This document shows positions 1 to 9,092 of a DNA stretch of 29,333 nucleotides, piece after piece. The stretch is from contig JBGAIQ010000063.1 in NCBI GenBank assembly GCA_044225365.1, positions 1 through 29,333 of the forward strand, given 5' to 3'. The stretch is from Planctomycetota bacterium. GTDB lineage: Bacteria > Planctomycetota > B15-G4 > JADJEK01. A program made the translations under genes and the position numbers. The notes under the pieces were generated by a model. That model had not been told where the DNA came from. It saw nothing but the letters and a program-made list of their open reading frames with translations, and ran no database searches. The stretch's first letter is position 1; each line of letters starts with the position of its first letter.

Positions 1-1757
1 ACCTGCGTGAAGTCGGAGAACGGGATCTCGACCACCGTGGATTCGGACTTCGCGACGAACGTCTGGCCGTAGTGATCGGCGTCCCGCGCATTGCGCTCGA
101 CGAGGAGGATGCGATAGCGATCGATGCCTTCGGCGCGCGCCTTGAAGCGCAGCGCCCGATAGTCGGAGAAGCCCGTGAGCGGCAGGACGGGCGAGAGGTC
201 GATCTCGACGCCGGCCTTCACGACGAGCGAGGGTCCGTCGCTCTGCTCGCCCGCGACGCGCAGCGCGTGGCCGCCGTCGGAAGGTCCCGAGGGTCCAGGC
301 TCGACGATGATCGTGACGGGGTCGCGGGCCTTCTCCTTCACCGCGAGTTCCCCGAGCGCATGCCACGCCGGTGCACCGCTTTCGAAATCGAGGAGCCTCC
401 TGCGTTCGAGGAATCCCGGGCGTGGCTTCTCGATCGCCAAGGAGGATTCGAGATCGCTGCGCGGCACGATGTTCCCTCCCTTCATCACGAGCACGACTCG
501 CCGCAGGTCGCCGATGCGCTCGAGGGGATTGCCGTCGACGAGGAGAAGATCGGCAAGGTAGTTCGTCGAGATCCGCCCCAGTCGGTCGCCCGCGCCGATC
601 GCCTTCGCGGCATCGCGCGTCGCGGTCCGCAGCGCCCGATCGTTGCGAAGCCCCGCGCTCGCGTAGCTCTCGATCTCGAGGAGCAGTGCCGAGCCGTGAG
701 GATTGCCCGGCATGCCGGCATCGCTCCCCGCGGCGATCGCGACTCCCGCCCTTTCGAGTGCGACGAGCTCGCGTTCGAGGGCAGGAAAACGCTCGGCAAA
801 GTACGCGGCGCGCAGTCGCTCGGCCGCCGTGTACGAAGCGCGGCTTACGAGCTCGTCGGGTGCGAACTGCGCACGATAGGCCGCCAGGGTCGGGAGCAGG
901 ACGACGCCCCGCTCCACGAGGAGCTTCCCGAACTCCTCGTCGATGTCGCCGACGAAGGGCAGGTGCGCCAGCACGTCGACCCCCGCGAGCACGGCCGATC
1001 GCGCGCGCGCGACCGAGATCACGTGCGCGACGACCTTCTTGCCGTGAGCGTGCGCGAGTTCGACGAGTCGCGCGACCGTGGCGTCGTCGAGCGTCGGACG
1101 GGGCGGCTCGCCCGCGTACCCGCCCTCGTCGATCATCAATTTGACGACGTCCGGACCCTGCGCGACGAGTTCGTCGACGAGTTCCTTCGCGTTCGACCCG
1201 TCCGGGGATCCATCCGTACAGATGCGTGCGGGGAAGCCGCCCTCCGTGCCGTGCCCGCCCGCGACGGTGATCGCCGCGAGCGAGCCGAAGATCCGCGGGA
1301 GCAACGTCGTCGGATCTGCCCTCTCGCGAGCGCGCAGATCGAGGAGGAGAGCGTCAGGGGCATTGAGATCGAGCACGCTCGTGACGCCGAAGTAGAGCGA
1401 GCGCCGTCCCGCGGCGTCGGCATCGCCTTCGGTCCGCTTCTCTCCGCTCCCGAACAGGTGCACGTGGGCGTCGATGAGGCCGGGGACGAGAGTGCGACCG
1501 AGACCATCGTGGATCCGCGCGCCTGCGGGGACTTCGATCTGGGCGACTTTGCCGACCGCGGTGATGAGCCCGCCCGATACGAGCACGGTCGCGTCGTCGA
1601 GGACCGTGTTCGCGTCGTCTTCGGTGACGACGCGCACGCCGACGAAGGCGTGAACGGCGTCCTCGCGCGGCGCGGCGTGGCTCGCGCTCGACGCCGCGGC
1701 GAGAAGCGCGAGTCCGAGGGCCCGGTGCGTGCTCGCCGGCTTCGACCACATCCACAT
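1..1757 (-). CDS. Secreted metal-dependent amidohydrolase with C-terminal CIA30/CBM11-like domain (3' end beyond the left edge of the window)
   Basis: Absent from the ORF track, presumably because it has no stop inside the window; translated by hand in segments. It starts MWMWSKPASTHRALGLALLAAASSASHA (signal peptide-like; ATG 1757, alternative 1751). Metal-site motifs: LVPGLIDAHVH, DVVKLMID, VVAH, LAH, AGSDAG, and ADLLLVDGNPL. The C-terminal FSDYRALRFKARAEG...YGQTFVA...VVEIPFSDFTQ resembles CIA30/CBM11. Confidence 0.85.
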   Translation of the reverse strand, partial: MWMWSKPASTHRALGLALLAAASSASHAAPREDAVHAFVGVRVVTEDDANTVLDDATVLVSGGLITAVGKVAQIEVPAGARIHDGLGRTLVPGLIDAHVHLFGSGEKRTEGDADAAGRRSLYFGVTSVLDLNAPDALLLDLRARERADPTTLLPRIFGSLAAITVAGGHGTEGGFPARICTDGSPDGSNAKELVDELVAQGPDVVKLMIDEGGYAGEPPRPTLDDATVARLVELAHAHGKKVVAHVISVARARSAVLAGVDVLAHLPFVGDIDEEFGKLLVERGVVLLPTLAAYRAQFAPDELVSRASYTAAERLRAAYFAERFPALERELVALERAGVAIAAGSDAGMPGNPHGSALLLEIESYASAGLRNDRALRTATRDAAKAIGAGDRLGRISTNYLADLLLVDGNPLERIGDLRRVVLVMKGGNIVPRSDLESSLAIEKPRPGFLERRRLLDFESGAPAWHALGELAVKEKARDPVTIIVEPGPSGPSDGGHALRVAGEQSDGPSLVVKAGVEIDLSPVLPLTGFSDYRALRFKARAEGIDRYRILLVERNARDADHYGQTFVAKSESTVVEIPFSDFTQ

Positions 1758-1784
1758 GCCCTGCACGATACCAGCGGTCGGCGT

Positions 1785-2702
1785 CTATCGAGCGCTCGCG
1801 CGCCCCTCGTGCGCCCGAAGCGCGAAGGTCGCCGCGCCGAGGTAGCCGACCGCGAACGCAGCGAGGAAGCCGACGGCGGCGAGCAGGACGGCGATCTGCA
1901 GATGCCTGCGGCGGGAGCGGAGACCCTCCGCCTCCACGACGCTCTGCTCGTACCAGGCGACGAGCCGCGCCACGTCCGGGCACGCCGCGCCGCCCGCCGC
2001 GAGCGAATCGCGAAGGCGGCGCGCACGGCTCGCGGCGCGCACCGGCGCCGCGAGGTCGCGGGCTTCGATCTCGGCCGCGAGCCCCTCGCCGAAGATCGCG
2101 TCCTCGATGCGCGGCGAGACGGCGACGAATCGCTCGAGACTCGCGATCGCGCGCTCGGGATGCAATGCGTTGCGCGCCGCGTCCGCGACGAAGTACGTGA
2201 GGACGGGGTGGCCCGGCGATTCCGCCGCGAGCGATTCGAGCACGGCGAGGGATTCGTCCAGTTCGCCGCTCGATCGCAACCGCAGTGCGAGCACGATCCC
2301 GCTCGGCAAATCGTTGGGATCGGCCGCATGGACCCGGCGCGATGCGTCGAGCGCTTCCTCCTGCGAGTCGCAGGCCCACGACACCGCGGCGAGGATGCGC
2401 TCGCGATCGATCGTCGAGGCGTACTCCGCCGCGCTCTCGGCGTGATCGCGAATCCACTCCCGTGCGGTCGAAAGGCGCGGGCGTAGTGTCGTCTCGAGCT
2501 CGAGGAGGCGCGCAACGGCATGGCCACGCGCGAGGTCGTCGCCGTTCTCCACATCGCTCGCGAACTCGCGCTCGGCGGCGTCGAAGAATTCCTCGCGCGC
2601 GAAGCCGCGCAGCAGCAGCTCCTCGCCTCGCGGCGTGGGGCCGTCGCTTCGACCCGCCATCGCGCAGGAGATGAGGATGCATGCGAGTCGAACGCCGATC
2701 AT
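1785..2702 (-). CDS. Hypothetical exported helical (TPR-like) protein with C-terminal transmembrane anchor
   Basis: 3' part of track ORF 1785..4463. The ATG at 2702 overlaps the upstream TGA (ATGA). The N-terminus is hydrophobic (MIGVRLACILISCAMAG), the middle has TPR-like helices (LRSSGELDESLAVLESLAAESPGHP), and the C-terminus has a TM (IAVLLAAVGFLAAFAVGYLGAATF). Confidence 0.65.
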   Translation of the reverse strand: MIGVRLACILISCAMAGRSDGPTPRGEELLLRGFAREEFFDAAEREFASDVENGDDLARGHAVARLLELETTLRPRLSTAREWIRDHAESAAEYASTIDRERILAAVSWACDSQEEALDASRRVHAADPNDLPSGIVLALRLRSSGELDESLAVLESLAAESPGHPVLTYFVADAARNALHPERAIASLERFVAVSPRIEDAIFGEGLAAEIEARDLAAPVRAASRARRLRDSLAAGGAACPDVARLVAWYEQSVVEAEGLRSRRRHLQIAVLLAAVGFLAAFAVGYLGAATFALRAHEGRASAR

Positions 2703-4342
2703 CGTGCGTCTCCTTCCGCCGCCCCAGTCGGGCGCATCAGCGACGCGTCGATGATGCGTTCGATCGGCGCGAGATCGTCGCGGAGCACGATGTCGTCCGG
2801 CGCCCGCTGCATCCCGATCAGTCCCTTCCACCACTCGTCCGTCACACGCTCGAACGGGTGCTTCGCGCGCGCGAGCGGAAGGAAGGGACGCGACTCGCCG
2901 TTGCGGGCGAGCAGCAGCGCGGAGGGGAAGCCGGGGATCGGAAGCAGCGATGTCGACGCGAATCCCGCGGCGGCAACCGTCGCTGCGATCACGCGCGGGA
3001 GTCTCGCCGCCGCGGTGCGACTGTCGAGATTCACCGCGAGGATTCCGTCGGCGCTCAGGATCGCCTTCAACTTCGCGAAGAACTCGACGGTCGCGACCTG
3101 GAAGGGAACGTACTGCTGATTCGCGTAGGCGTCGACGAAGACGATGTCGAACCGGGGCACGGGCGGAAGCGCGTTGACGTAGGCGCGGCCGTCGGCCACG
3201 ACGCATTCCAGCCCAGGCGCGTGGACATCGAGCCCCATGTGCCGTTCCGCGGCGACGAGCACGCGCGCATCGATCTCGATCCCGACGAGCTCGAGCCGTT
3301 CTCCGAGCACATGGTGAAGGACGCGATACGCGGTGCCCGCCGCGAGTCCGACGACGAGCACGCGCACCTTCGCGTCGGGTTCGAGCGTCAGCAGCTCGGG
3401 TACTGCCGCGAGCGCGTCGTAGTAGCGGCCTCCGCTGTCGACGCGCGAAGCCTCGCCCGGGTGTTCGGGGCGCGGCGGATAGTAGATCGAGTGGTACTCG
3501 GCGTCGCCCTCGTCGAGCGCGAGGACACGAACGACGGGCGATTCGGCTTCGTCTCCCGGTCGCACCTCGCGTCGCTCGAGGACGCGCACGAGTTGCATGG
3601 CGGAATCCTGCTCGAAGAGGACCGTGTCGCCGGGCAGGCCCGGCCCCTTCGATGCAAGCTCGGGCAGCTTCGCGGCAAGCTCCGGCAGCTTCGCGACCGC
3701 CGCGAGAGCCACGAGGAGGACGGCCGATGCGACGATCGACGATCGTCGCGAGTGCGCGCGGGCGAACGCGAGTGCGGATCCGATCGCGAGCAGGAACACG
3801 GCCGTCGCGATCAGGGTCCGCCGCGTTCCGAGCGTGGGCACGAAGACGAGCGCCGTCAGGTAGCAGCCGAGCACGGACCCGAGCGTCGACGTGGCGAGGA
3901 CGAGTCCGGCAGCGCGCCCGACCGGACCCTTCGGACCGACAACGCGGAGCAGAAGCGGCGTCGAGGCGCCGAGCAGGACGAACGGCGGGCCGAACAAGAC
4001 GAGCGTCGATGCGAGCGAGCCGAGCAATGCGAACGAGAGTTCGGGTCCGGCCTGGAAGCCTTCGGGGAGCAGAAAGCGATCGAACGTCGGCCCGAACAGG
4101 GGCGCCGGAAGCGCGAGCAGACCGGCGAGGATCGCGACGCGGCCGAGCATCACGCCGTCCGCACGGCGCTCCGCGAGTCGACCGCCGAGGGCGGAGCCGC
4201 AGGCGAGTGCGAGCAGCACGACGCTGACCACATTGGCCCAGACGAGTTGGGATTGGCCGAAGTACGGCGCGGCGAGCCGCACGGCCGCGAATTCGAGCAC
4301 CGTGACGGCAAGTCCCATGACGAAGGCGAACGCGTATCCCAT
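2699..4342 (-). CDS. Fused membrane domain / spermidine-synthase-like SAM-dependent transferase
   Basis: About 7 N-terminal TM helices with the family motif LEFAAVRLAAPYFGQS...VWANVV. The C-terminal Rossmann motifs are VLVVGLAAGT, GIEID, ADGRAYV and FDIVFVDAY. Confidence 0.85.
   Translation of the reverse strand: MGYAFAFVMGLAVTVLEFAAVRLAAPYFGQSQLVWANVVSVVLLALACGSALGGRLAERRADGVMLGRVAILAGLLALPAPLFGPTFDRFLLPEGFQAGPELSFALLGSLASTLVLFGPPFVLLGASTPLLLRVVGPKGPVGRAAGLVLATSTLGSVLGCYLTALVFVPTLGTRRTLIATAVFLLAIGSALAFARAHSRRSSIVASAVLLVALAAVAKLPELAAKLPELASKGPGLPGDTVLFEQDSAMQLVRVLERREVRPGDEAESPVVRVLALDEGDAEYHSIYYPPRPEHPGEASRVDSGGRYYDALAAVPELLTLEPDAKVRVLVVGLAAGTAYRVLHHVLGERLELVGIEIDARVLVAAERHMGLDVHAPGLECVVADGRAYVNALPPVPRFDIVFVDAYANQQYVPFQVATVEFFAKLKAILSADGILAVNLDSRTAAARLPRVIAATVAAAGFASTSLLPIPGFPSALLLARNGESRPFLPLARAKHPFERVTDEWWKGLIGMQRAPDDIVLRDDLAPIERIIDASLMRPTGAAEGDAR
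3654..3695. repeat. In-frame 21-bp tandem duplication (AKLPELA x2)
   Basis: gcaagctcgggcagcttcgcg followed by gcaagctccggcagcttcgcg (1 mismatch), in the linker between the TM and catalytic domains. Confidence 0.85.
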
Positions 4343-4492
4343 TCTCGGGCGAGATCCGGCGCCGCAGCGACGGCGCTGCCGTACCTATCCCGCCGACGGC
4401 GAATTCGGTTGCGCATTTCTCGAAATCGAGTTTCGTGAGCGGAAGAGAACGGGAGAACGCCAAGCAACCGCATTGCGCTATCGTTGGGGACG

Positions 4493-5968
4493 ATGACTCC
4501 TGCCCAATCCGCTCCGACTCCGCCGGCGATCCGTACCCTGGCCGAACTGAAACGCTCCGGACTTGCCTACGAAAGCGTCCGCGACGAGCTGCGACGCAAT
4601 CTGCTCCTACGCCTCGCGAGCGACGCGCCCCTCTTCCCGGGAATCGTCGGCTACGACGACACGGTCATTCCCCAGATCGCGAACGCAATCCTCTCGCGCC
4701 ACCACTTCATCCTGCTCGGACTTCGTGGTCAGGCGAAGACGCGCCTGCTGCGCTCCCTCGTGACGCTGCTCGACGCCTACACGCCCGTGATCCCGGATTG
4801 TCCGTTGAACAGTCACCCCCTGCGCCCCCTCAGCAAGCAGGCCAAGCGCCTCACGAAGGAGCGTGGCGACGATCTGCCGATCCAGTGGATGGCGCGCGAG
4901 GAGCGATACCGCGAGAAGCTCGCGACGCCCGACGTCACCGTCGCCGACCTGATCGGCGACATCGATCCGATCAAGGCGGCGGCGAAGAAGATCGAGTTGT
5001 CCGACGAAGAAGTGATCTCGTTCGGCATCATCCCGCGGACGAACCGCGGCATCTTCGGCATCAACGAACTTCCCGACCTCCCGACGCGGATCCAGGTCGC
5101 GATGTTCAACATCCTGGAGGAAGAGGACGTCCAGATCCGCGGCTTCCCGGTGCGGTTGCCGCTCGACGTGCTGCTCGTTTTCACCGCGAATCCCGAGGAT
5201 TACACGAATCGCGGGAACATCATCACGCCGCTGCGCGATCGCATCCCGTCGCAGATCCACACCCACTATCCGCTGACGCTCGAGCACGGCATTGCGATCA
5301 CGGCGCAGGAGTCGTGGACGCAGCGCGAGGGTTCGCGGGTCAAGATCCCGCGTTGGGTGCGCGAGGTCGTCGAGGAGACGGCGATCCAAGCCCGTACCAG
5401 TTCGTTCGTCGATCAGAACTCGGGCGTATCGGCGCGCATGACGATCGCGCTGCTCGAGAACATCGTTTCGAATGCCGAACGACGAGCGCTCCGCCATCGC
5501 CAGAAGGAGACGACGCCGCGCGTCGCCGACCTGATGGCGGCCGCCGCCGCGATCACCGGCAAGATCGAACTCGTCTACGAAGGCGAGCGCGAAGGTCCGG
5601 CCGCGGTGGCGCGCGCGCTGCTCGGAAAGGCCGTCAAGGTCGTCTTCGATCGCTCGTTCCCCGATCCCTACAACGAGAAGGGCGGAGCAAAGGTCTACGA
5701 GAAGATCCAGAAGTGGTTCAGCGCCGGGAATCGCATCACGGTGTCGGATCAATCGAGCCCGCAGGAATACCTGAAGGAACTCGCGCGGGTCCCGGAACTC
5801 GAGACGCTCGCGCACGGCTTCGTCCCGGGCGAGGACGGCGAGGGACGGGGCGCTGCGATGGAGTTGATCCTCGAGGGTCTCCACCAGGCGTCGATCTTGT
5901 CGAAGGAGGCACACCTTCGCGAAGTCCGCTACGGCGACGCGTTCGACGAGATGGTCAAGAATCTGTGA
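4493..5968 (+). CDS. AAA+ ATPase, ChlI/Mg-chelatase-like (Rv0958-type), partner of a vWA protein
   Basis: Walker A GLRGQAKT, REKLATPD, DLIGDIDPIKAA, Walker B variant IFGINELPDL, TANPEDYTNRG, LRDRIPSQI. ATG 4493 is preferred over TTG 4484. Confidence 0.88.
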   Translation: MTPAQSAPTPPAIRTLAELKRSGLAYESVRDELRRNLLLRLASDAPLFPGIVGYDDTVIPQIANAILSRHHFILLGLRGQAKTRLLRSLVTLLDAYTPVIPDCPLNSHPLRPLSKQAKRLTKERGDDLPIQWMAREERYREKLATPDVTVADLIGDIDPIKAAAKKIELSDEEVISFGIIPRTNRGIFGINELPDLPTRIQVAMFNILEEEDVQIRGFPVRLPLDVLLVFTANPEDYTNRGNIITPLRDRIPSQIHTHYPLTLEHGIAITAQESWTQREGSRVKIPRWVREVVEETAIQARTSSFVDQNSGVSARMTIALLENIVSNAERRALRHRQKETTPRVADLMAAAAAITGKIELVYEGEREGPAAVARALLGKAVKVVFDRSFPDPYNEKGGAKVYEKIQKWFSAGNRITVSDQSSPQEYLKELARVPELETLAHGFVPGEDGEGRGAAMELILEGLHQASILSKEAHLREVRYGDAFDEMVKNL

Positions 5969-5977
5969 TCGTCGTGC

Positions 5978-8977
5978 TCACTTCAGCGTGACGACGACGT
6001 CGGACGTCACGTCGTCTTGCACCGTGAACGCTTCCGTCGCGGTCTTGCCGCTGCGCAGAGCGACGCGGGCGATGTAGCTCCCCGCCTCGAGGACGAGCGG
6101 AACCGTCCACTCGCTCGCATCCTCGTTGCGCCAGATCTCCGACTCGAATCGAAGCGTTCCGTCCTCGTTCGCGATCCTCAGGTTCGCGCGCTCGGTCGTG
6201 GGCCCCGCCACGCCGACGATTCGCATCGTTCGCGTGAGGCCCTCCCGCACTCCCACCGAGAGCTTCGTCTCTCGTCCCGACGCGATCTCGACGTCGTAGC
6301 ATGCGACCGCGATCCCCTCACCGAAGACGCAGACTCGCCACGCTCCGGGGAAGAGCGGAGGTGAGATCAACGTGCCGTCCCCTCCCGTTTCGTTCGTGAG
6401 CGGGTGGCGCGCGCTCCCGTCCGCGTGTTCGATCAGCGCTCCCACCTTCCCGCGGAGCGTGCCCGCGGAATCGTTCGGCGCGACCGGAACGAGTCGCAGC
6501 GTCCCACCGGCTTCGAACTTCACGGTTCCAAGGTCCCACTCCTCGTTCGCGTGGAGTTCCTTCTCGGGGGAAACGAAATCGCCGACCACGTGATCGCCGG
6601 CGACCTTGATCTCCACGCGGTAGCGGCCGGGCGAGAGTGGCCCCCGGCGGAATCCTCCGTCCGCGTCGGTCGCCTCGATCGGAATCGTGTTCGAGCGGTC
6701 GAACGAGAGCAATACGGTCGCGCCTTCGATCGGACGATCGAGCGAGTCGACGGCGCGCAGGACGACCGATGCCGAAGGAAGGAGCGCGGGATCCACTCGA
6801 ATCCGTTGCTCGACGGTTTGCGGCCGCACGTGTTCCATCACGAGGACCGGGTAGGACCACGATCCGCTCGCGAGGACCGCGAGTCGATAGTCGGTTTCGC
6901 GGAGTCCCACGAATTCGAAGGTCCCGTCCTGCTCGACCTTCTGTGGGGAGATCATCGGCTCGCCATCGAGGTAGGGTTTCGGCTCCAACGACACCGTGCA
7001 TTCGATCGGCTGATCGGACGGATCGACGACGCGGCCCCGCAGGAAGAGTCCGACCGCGAGATGCACGTCGAATCGCACGGTGCTCTGCGATCGCGTTTCG
7101 ATCGTCGCGACGAGTTTTCCCGCGACGCCGCCATCGACGGTGAGCGGCACCGTTCCCACCGGAACGTCTTCGACGCGATAGCGCCCGCTCGCGTCGCTGC
7201 GGGTTCCGTGCGCTTCGAGGGCACCCGTCCTTCCGACATCGATCTCCGCGTTCGCAACCGGCTTCCCGGCCGCGTCGTAGATCGTGCCTTCGATGCTCGC
7301 GGAGGGCACGAGCTGCACGATCGGCTGCGTCGCGACGCCGAGCGCGACCTCGATCCGCTGGGACCACGGCGCGAAGCCACGCGCGCGCACTTCGAGCGGT
7401 CGCGAACCGGCTTCGACGGAATCGAAGACGAACGAGCCGTTTCGATCGCTCGTTCCGAACTGCGCGTGGCGTCGTGTTCCGCTCTGCCCGTTGGCGAGAG
7501 CGAGGAACTCGGTGTCGCCGCCGTCGACCACGACCGACGCGAAAGGAACCGCCTCGCCGTTCGGGGCGAGCACGCGCCCCGCAATCGACCCGCCGAACTT
7601 CTCGATCCTCAGTTCGAGCTCGATCGGCGCGCGACCCGACGCGACGATCTCCGGCACGGTCGACGGCGCGTAGCCCTTCGCGTGGGCGCAGAAGCCATGC
7701 AGGCTCGTGACGTCGCGGATCGAGAACTTCCCCTCACGATCCGACCGCGCGACGATGAACCCTTCGATTCCAGTCGCGAGGCCCGACATCCAGATGTCGG
7801 CGCCCTCGAACGGTTCGCGATTCGGCCCGCGGACGATGCCGTTCACCGTCGCTCCCGGCTCGATCTCGATCGTCACGTCCTTCGTCTCGCCAGCGACGAG
7901 TTGGAACCGGCTCTGCGCGCCGCGATCCGTCACGACGACGCAGCCACCCGGTCGCAGATCGTCGACGCGGAACACGCCCTCGCGATCCGTCTTCCCCGTG
8001 CGCGCCTCGAAGTACGGATCCGGATCGTTGAAGCAGTAGATCTTCGCGTAGACGTTCGTGGCTTTCGTCTGGTCGCTCCACACCACGTGGACGACCACGG
8101 ATCCGCGGCGCGCCGCCTCGGTCGAGGAGACTTCCGACGCTGGATCGACGGGGGCGTTTGGGATCGCGGCGCGAGTCGGGACGACCGGCGACGCGTCGTT
8201 CGAGACGACCGGCGCGACGAGCGCGGTGGGCGTTCCTCCGGCGCTTCGTTGCGGCGGTGGAGTCGCCGACCCGGGAAGGGTGTGGAAGAGGACGAAGGCG
8301 GCCGCGACGAGCGCCGCTGCGAACGTGACGACCTTGGCCTTCGTACTGAGCAAGAGGATCTCCGAGGCAACGAGGAAGGAGGTACCAAAGGACCCGGTTC
8401 CCGAGGGAGGATGTCCAAGGGGTGCGAGCGCGAGCAGCGCATCGCGCCGAGTCCGGCCGCCCTCCAAGTGCTGGCGGAGTCGCTCGTGGCCCCGCTGCAA
8501 GCGTGTGCGAACCGTCTCGATCGGCGCGCCCATGGCACGCGCGATGTGCCGCGGTTTCTTGTCCTCGAAGTACCGCAGGACGAGCGTCGTGCGATACGGC
8601 TCGTCGAGCGACAGTACGGCGTCGACGATGCGGCGCCGCGCCGCCTCACGATCGAAGAGATCGCTCACGTCCTCGTCCGCCAGCATCCCGCCGCGCCGCG
8701 CGAACGCGGTTTCGCGCCGCTGTCGTCGCTGCTCGCCCCGCGTTTGCTTCGAAGCGAGGTGCCGCAAGACGGCCAAGAGCCACGCGCGCGGCGATCGCGG
8801 GCTGGCTCCGTGTTTCGTGAGCGCTGCGAGCCACGTATCCTGGACGACGTCGTCCGCTCCGCTCCGATCGAACAGGACGTGCCGCGCGAGTGCACGCAAC
8901 GACGCGTCGTGCCCGGCGAGTGCGACGGGATCGGTCCAGTCGATCGATTCCAGCGACGAGGGAGGGGTCGTGTCCAT
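5978..8977 (-). CDS. ECF sigma-70 factor fused to a TM helix and extracytoplasmic carboxypeptidase-regulatory-like beta-sandwich repeats
   Basis: Region 2: LRALARHVL..ADDVVQDTWLAAL..RAWLLAVLRH. Region 4: LDEPYRTTLVLRYFED..IARAMGAPIETVRTRLQRG. Then TM VVTFAAALVAAAFVLF, a Pro/Ala linker, and repeated units such as IAGRVLAPNGEAVPFASV / IEGTIYDAAGKPVANAEI ... SDASGRYRV. Confidence 0.9.
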   Translation of the reverse strand: MDTTPPSSLESIDWTDPVALAGHDASLRALARHVLFDRSGADDVVQDTWLAALTKHGASPRSPRAWLLAVLRHLASKQTRGEQRRQRRETAFARRGGMLADEDVSDLFDREAARRRIVDAVLSLDEPYRTTLVLRYFEDKKPRHIARAMGAPIETVRTRLQRGHERLRQHLEGGRTRRDALLALAPLGHPPSGTGSFGTSFLVASEILLLSTKAKVVTFAAALVAAAFVLFHTLPGSATPPPQRSAGGTPTALVAPVVSNDASPVVPTRAAIPNAPVDPASEVSSTEAARRGSVVVHVVWSDQTKATNVYAKIYCFNDPDPYFEARTGKTDREGVFRVDDLRPGGCVVVTDRGAQSRFQLVAGETKDVTIEIEPGATVNGIVRGPNREPFEGADIWMSGLATGIEGFIVARSDREGKFSIRDVTSLHGFCAHAKGYAPSTVPEIVASGRAPIELELRIEKFGGSIAGRVLAPNGEAVPFASVVVDGGDTEFLALANGQSGTRRHAQFGTSDRNGSFVFDSVEAGSRPLEVRARGFAPWSQRIEVALGVATQPIVQLVPSASIEGTIYDAAGKPVANAEIDVGRTGALEAHGTRSDASGRYRVEDVPVGTVPLTVDGGVAGKLVATIETRSQSTVRFDVHLAVGLFLRGRVVDPSDQPIECTVSLEPKPYLDGEPMISPQKVEQDGTFEFVGLRETDYRLAVLASGSWSYPVLVMEHVRPQTVEQRIRVDPALLPSASVVLRAVDSLDRPIEGATVLLSFDRSNTIPIEATDADGGFRRGPLSPGRYRVEIKVAGDHVVGDFVSPEKELHANEEWDLGTVKFEAGGTLRLVPVAPNDSAGTLRGKVGALIEHADGSARHPLTNETGGDGTLISPPLFPGAWRVCVFGEGIAVACYDVEIASGRETKLSVGVREGLTRTMRIVGVAGPTTERANLRIANEDGTLRFESEIWRNEDASEWTVPLVLEAGSYIARVALRSGKTATEAFTVQDDVTSDVVVTLK

Positions 8978-9077
8978 GGGCGATTCGTCCAGAGTGTAGT
9001 CCCCGGACTTCGCGTTTCCGGTTCGACGAAATCGCTTCCCTCCGATCGCGCGGACGCGAACGACTCACGGTTCGAGC

Positions 9078-9083
9078 TACAAT
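9078..9083 (+). promoter_or_regulatory. Putative -10 element (TACAAT) for a leaderless or short-leader vWA transcript
   Basis: TACAAT lies 9 nt before ATG 9093, with no Shine-Dalgarno. Confidence 0.4.
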
Positions 9084-9092
9084 CACGATCTC

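Noticed and set aside
72-2486. 804-aa plus-strand ORF
   Set aside because: Antisense shadow in codon register with the minus-strand amidohydrolase and TPR-like genes; Arg/Asp-rich with no motifs.
4493-5968. True magnesium/cobalt chelatase (photosynthesis or B12 synthesis)
   Set aside because: Motifs fit the Rv0958-like AAA+ family, and no chlH/cobN or tetrapyrrole genes are nearby.
8978-9040. ECF-type autoregulatory promoter (GAACC...GGACTA on the minus strand)
   Set aside because: Only a loose match to generic ECF motifs; it cannot be supported without paralog upstream alignments.
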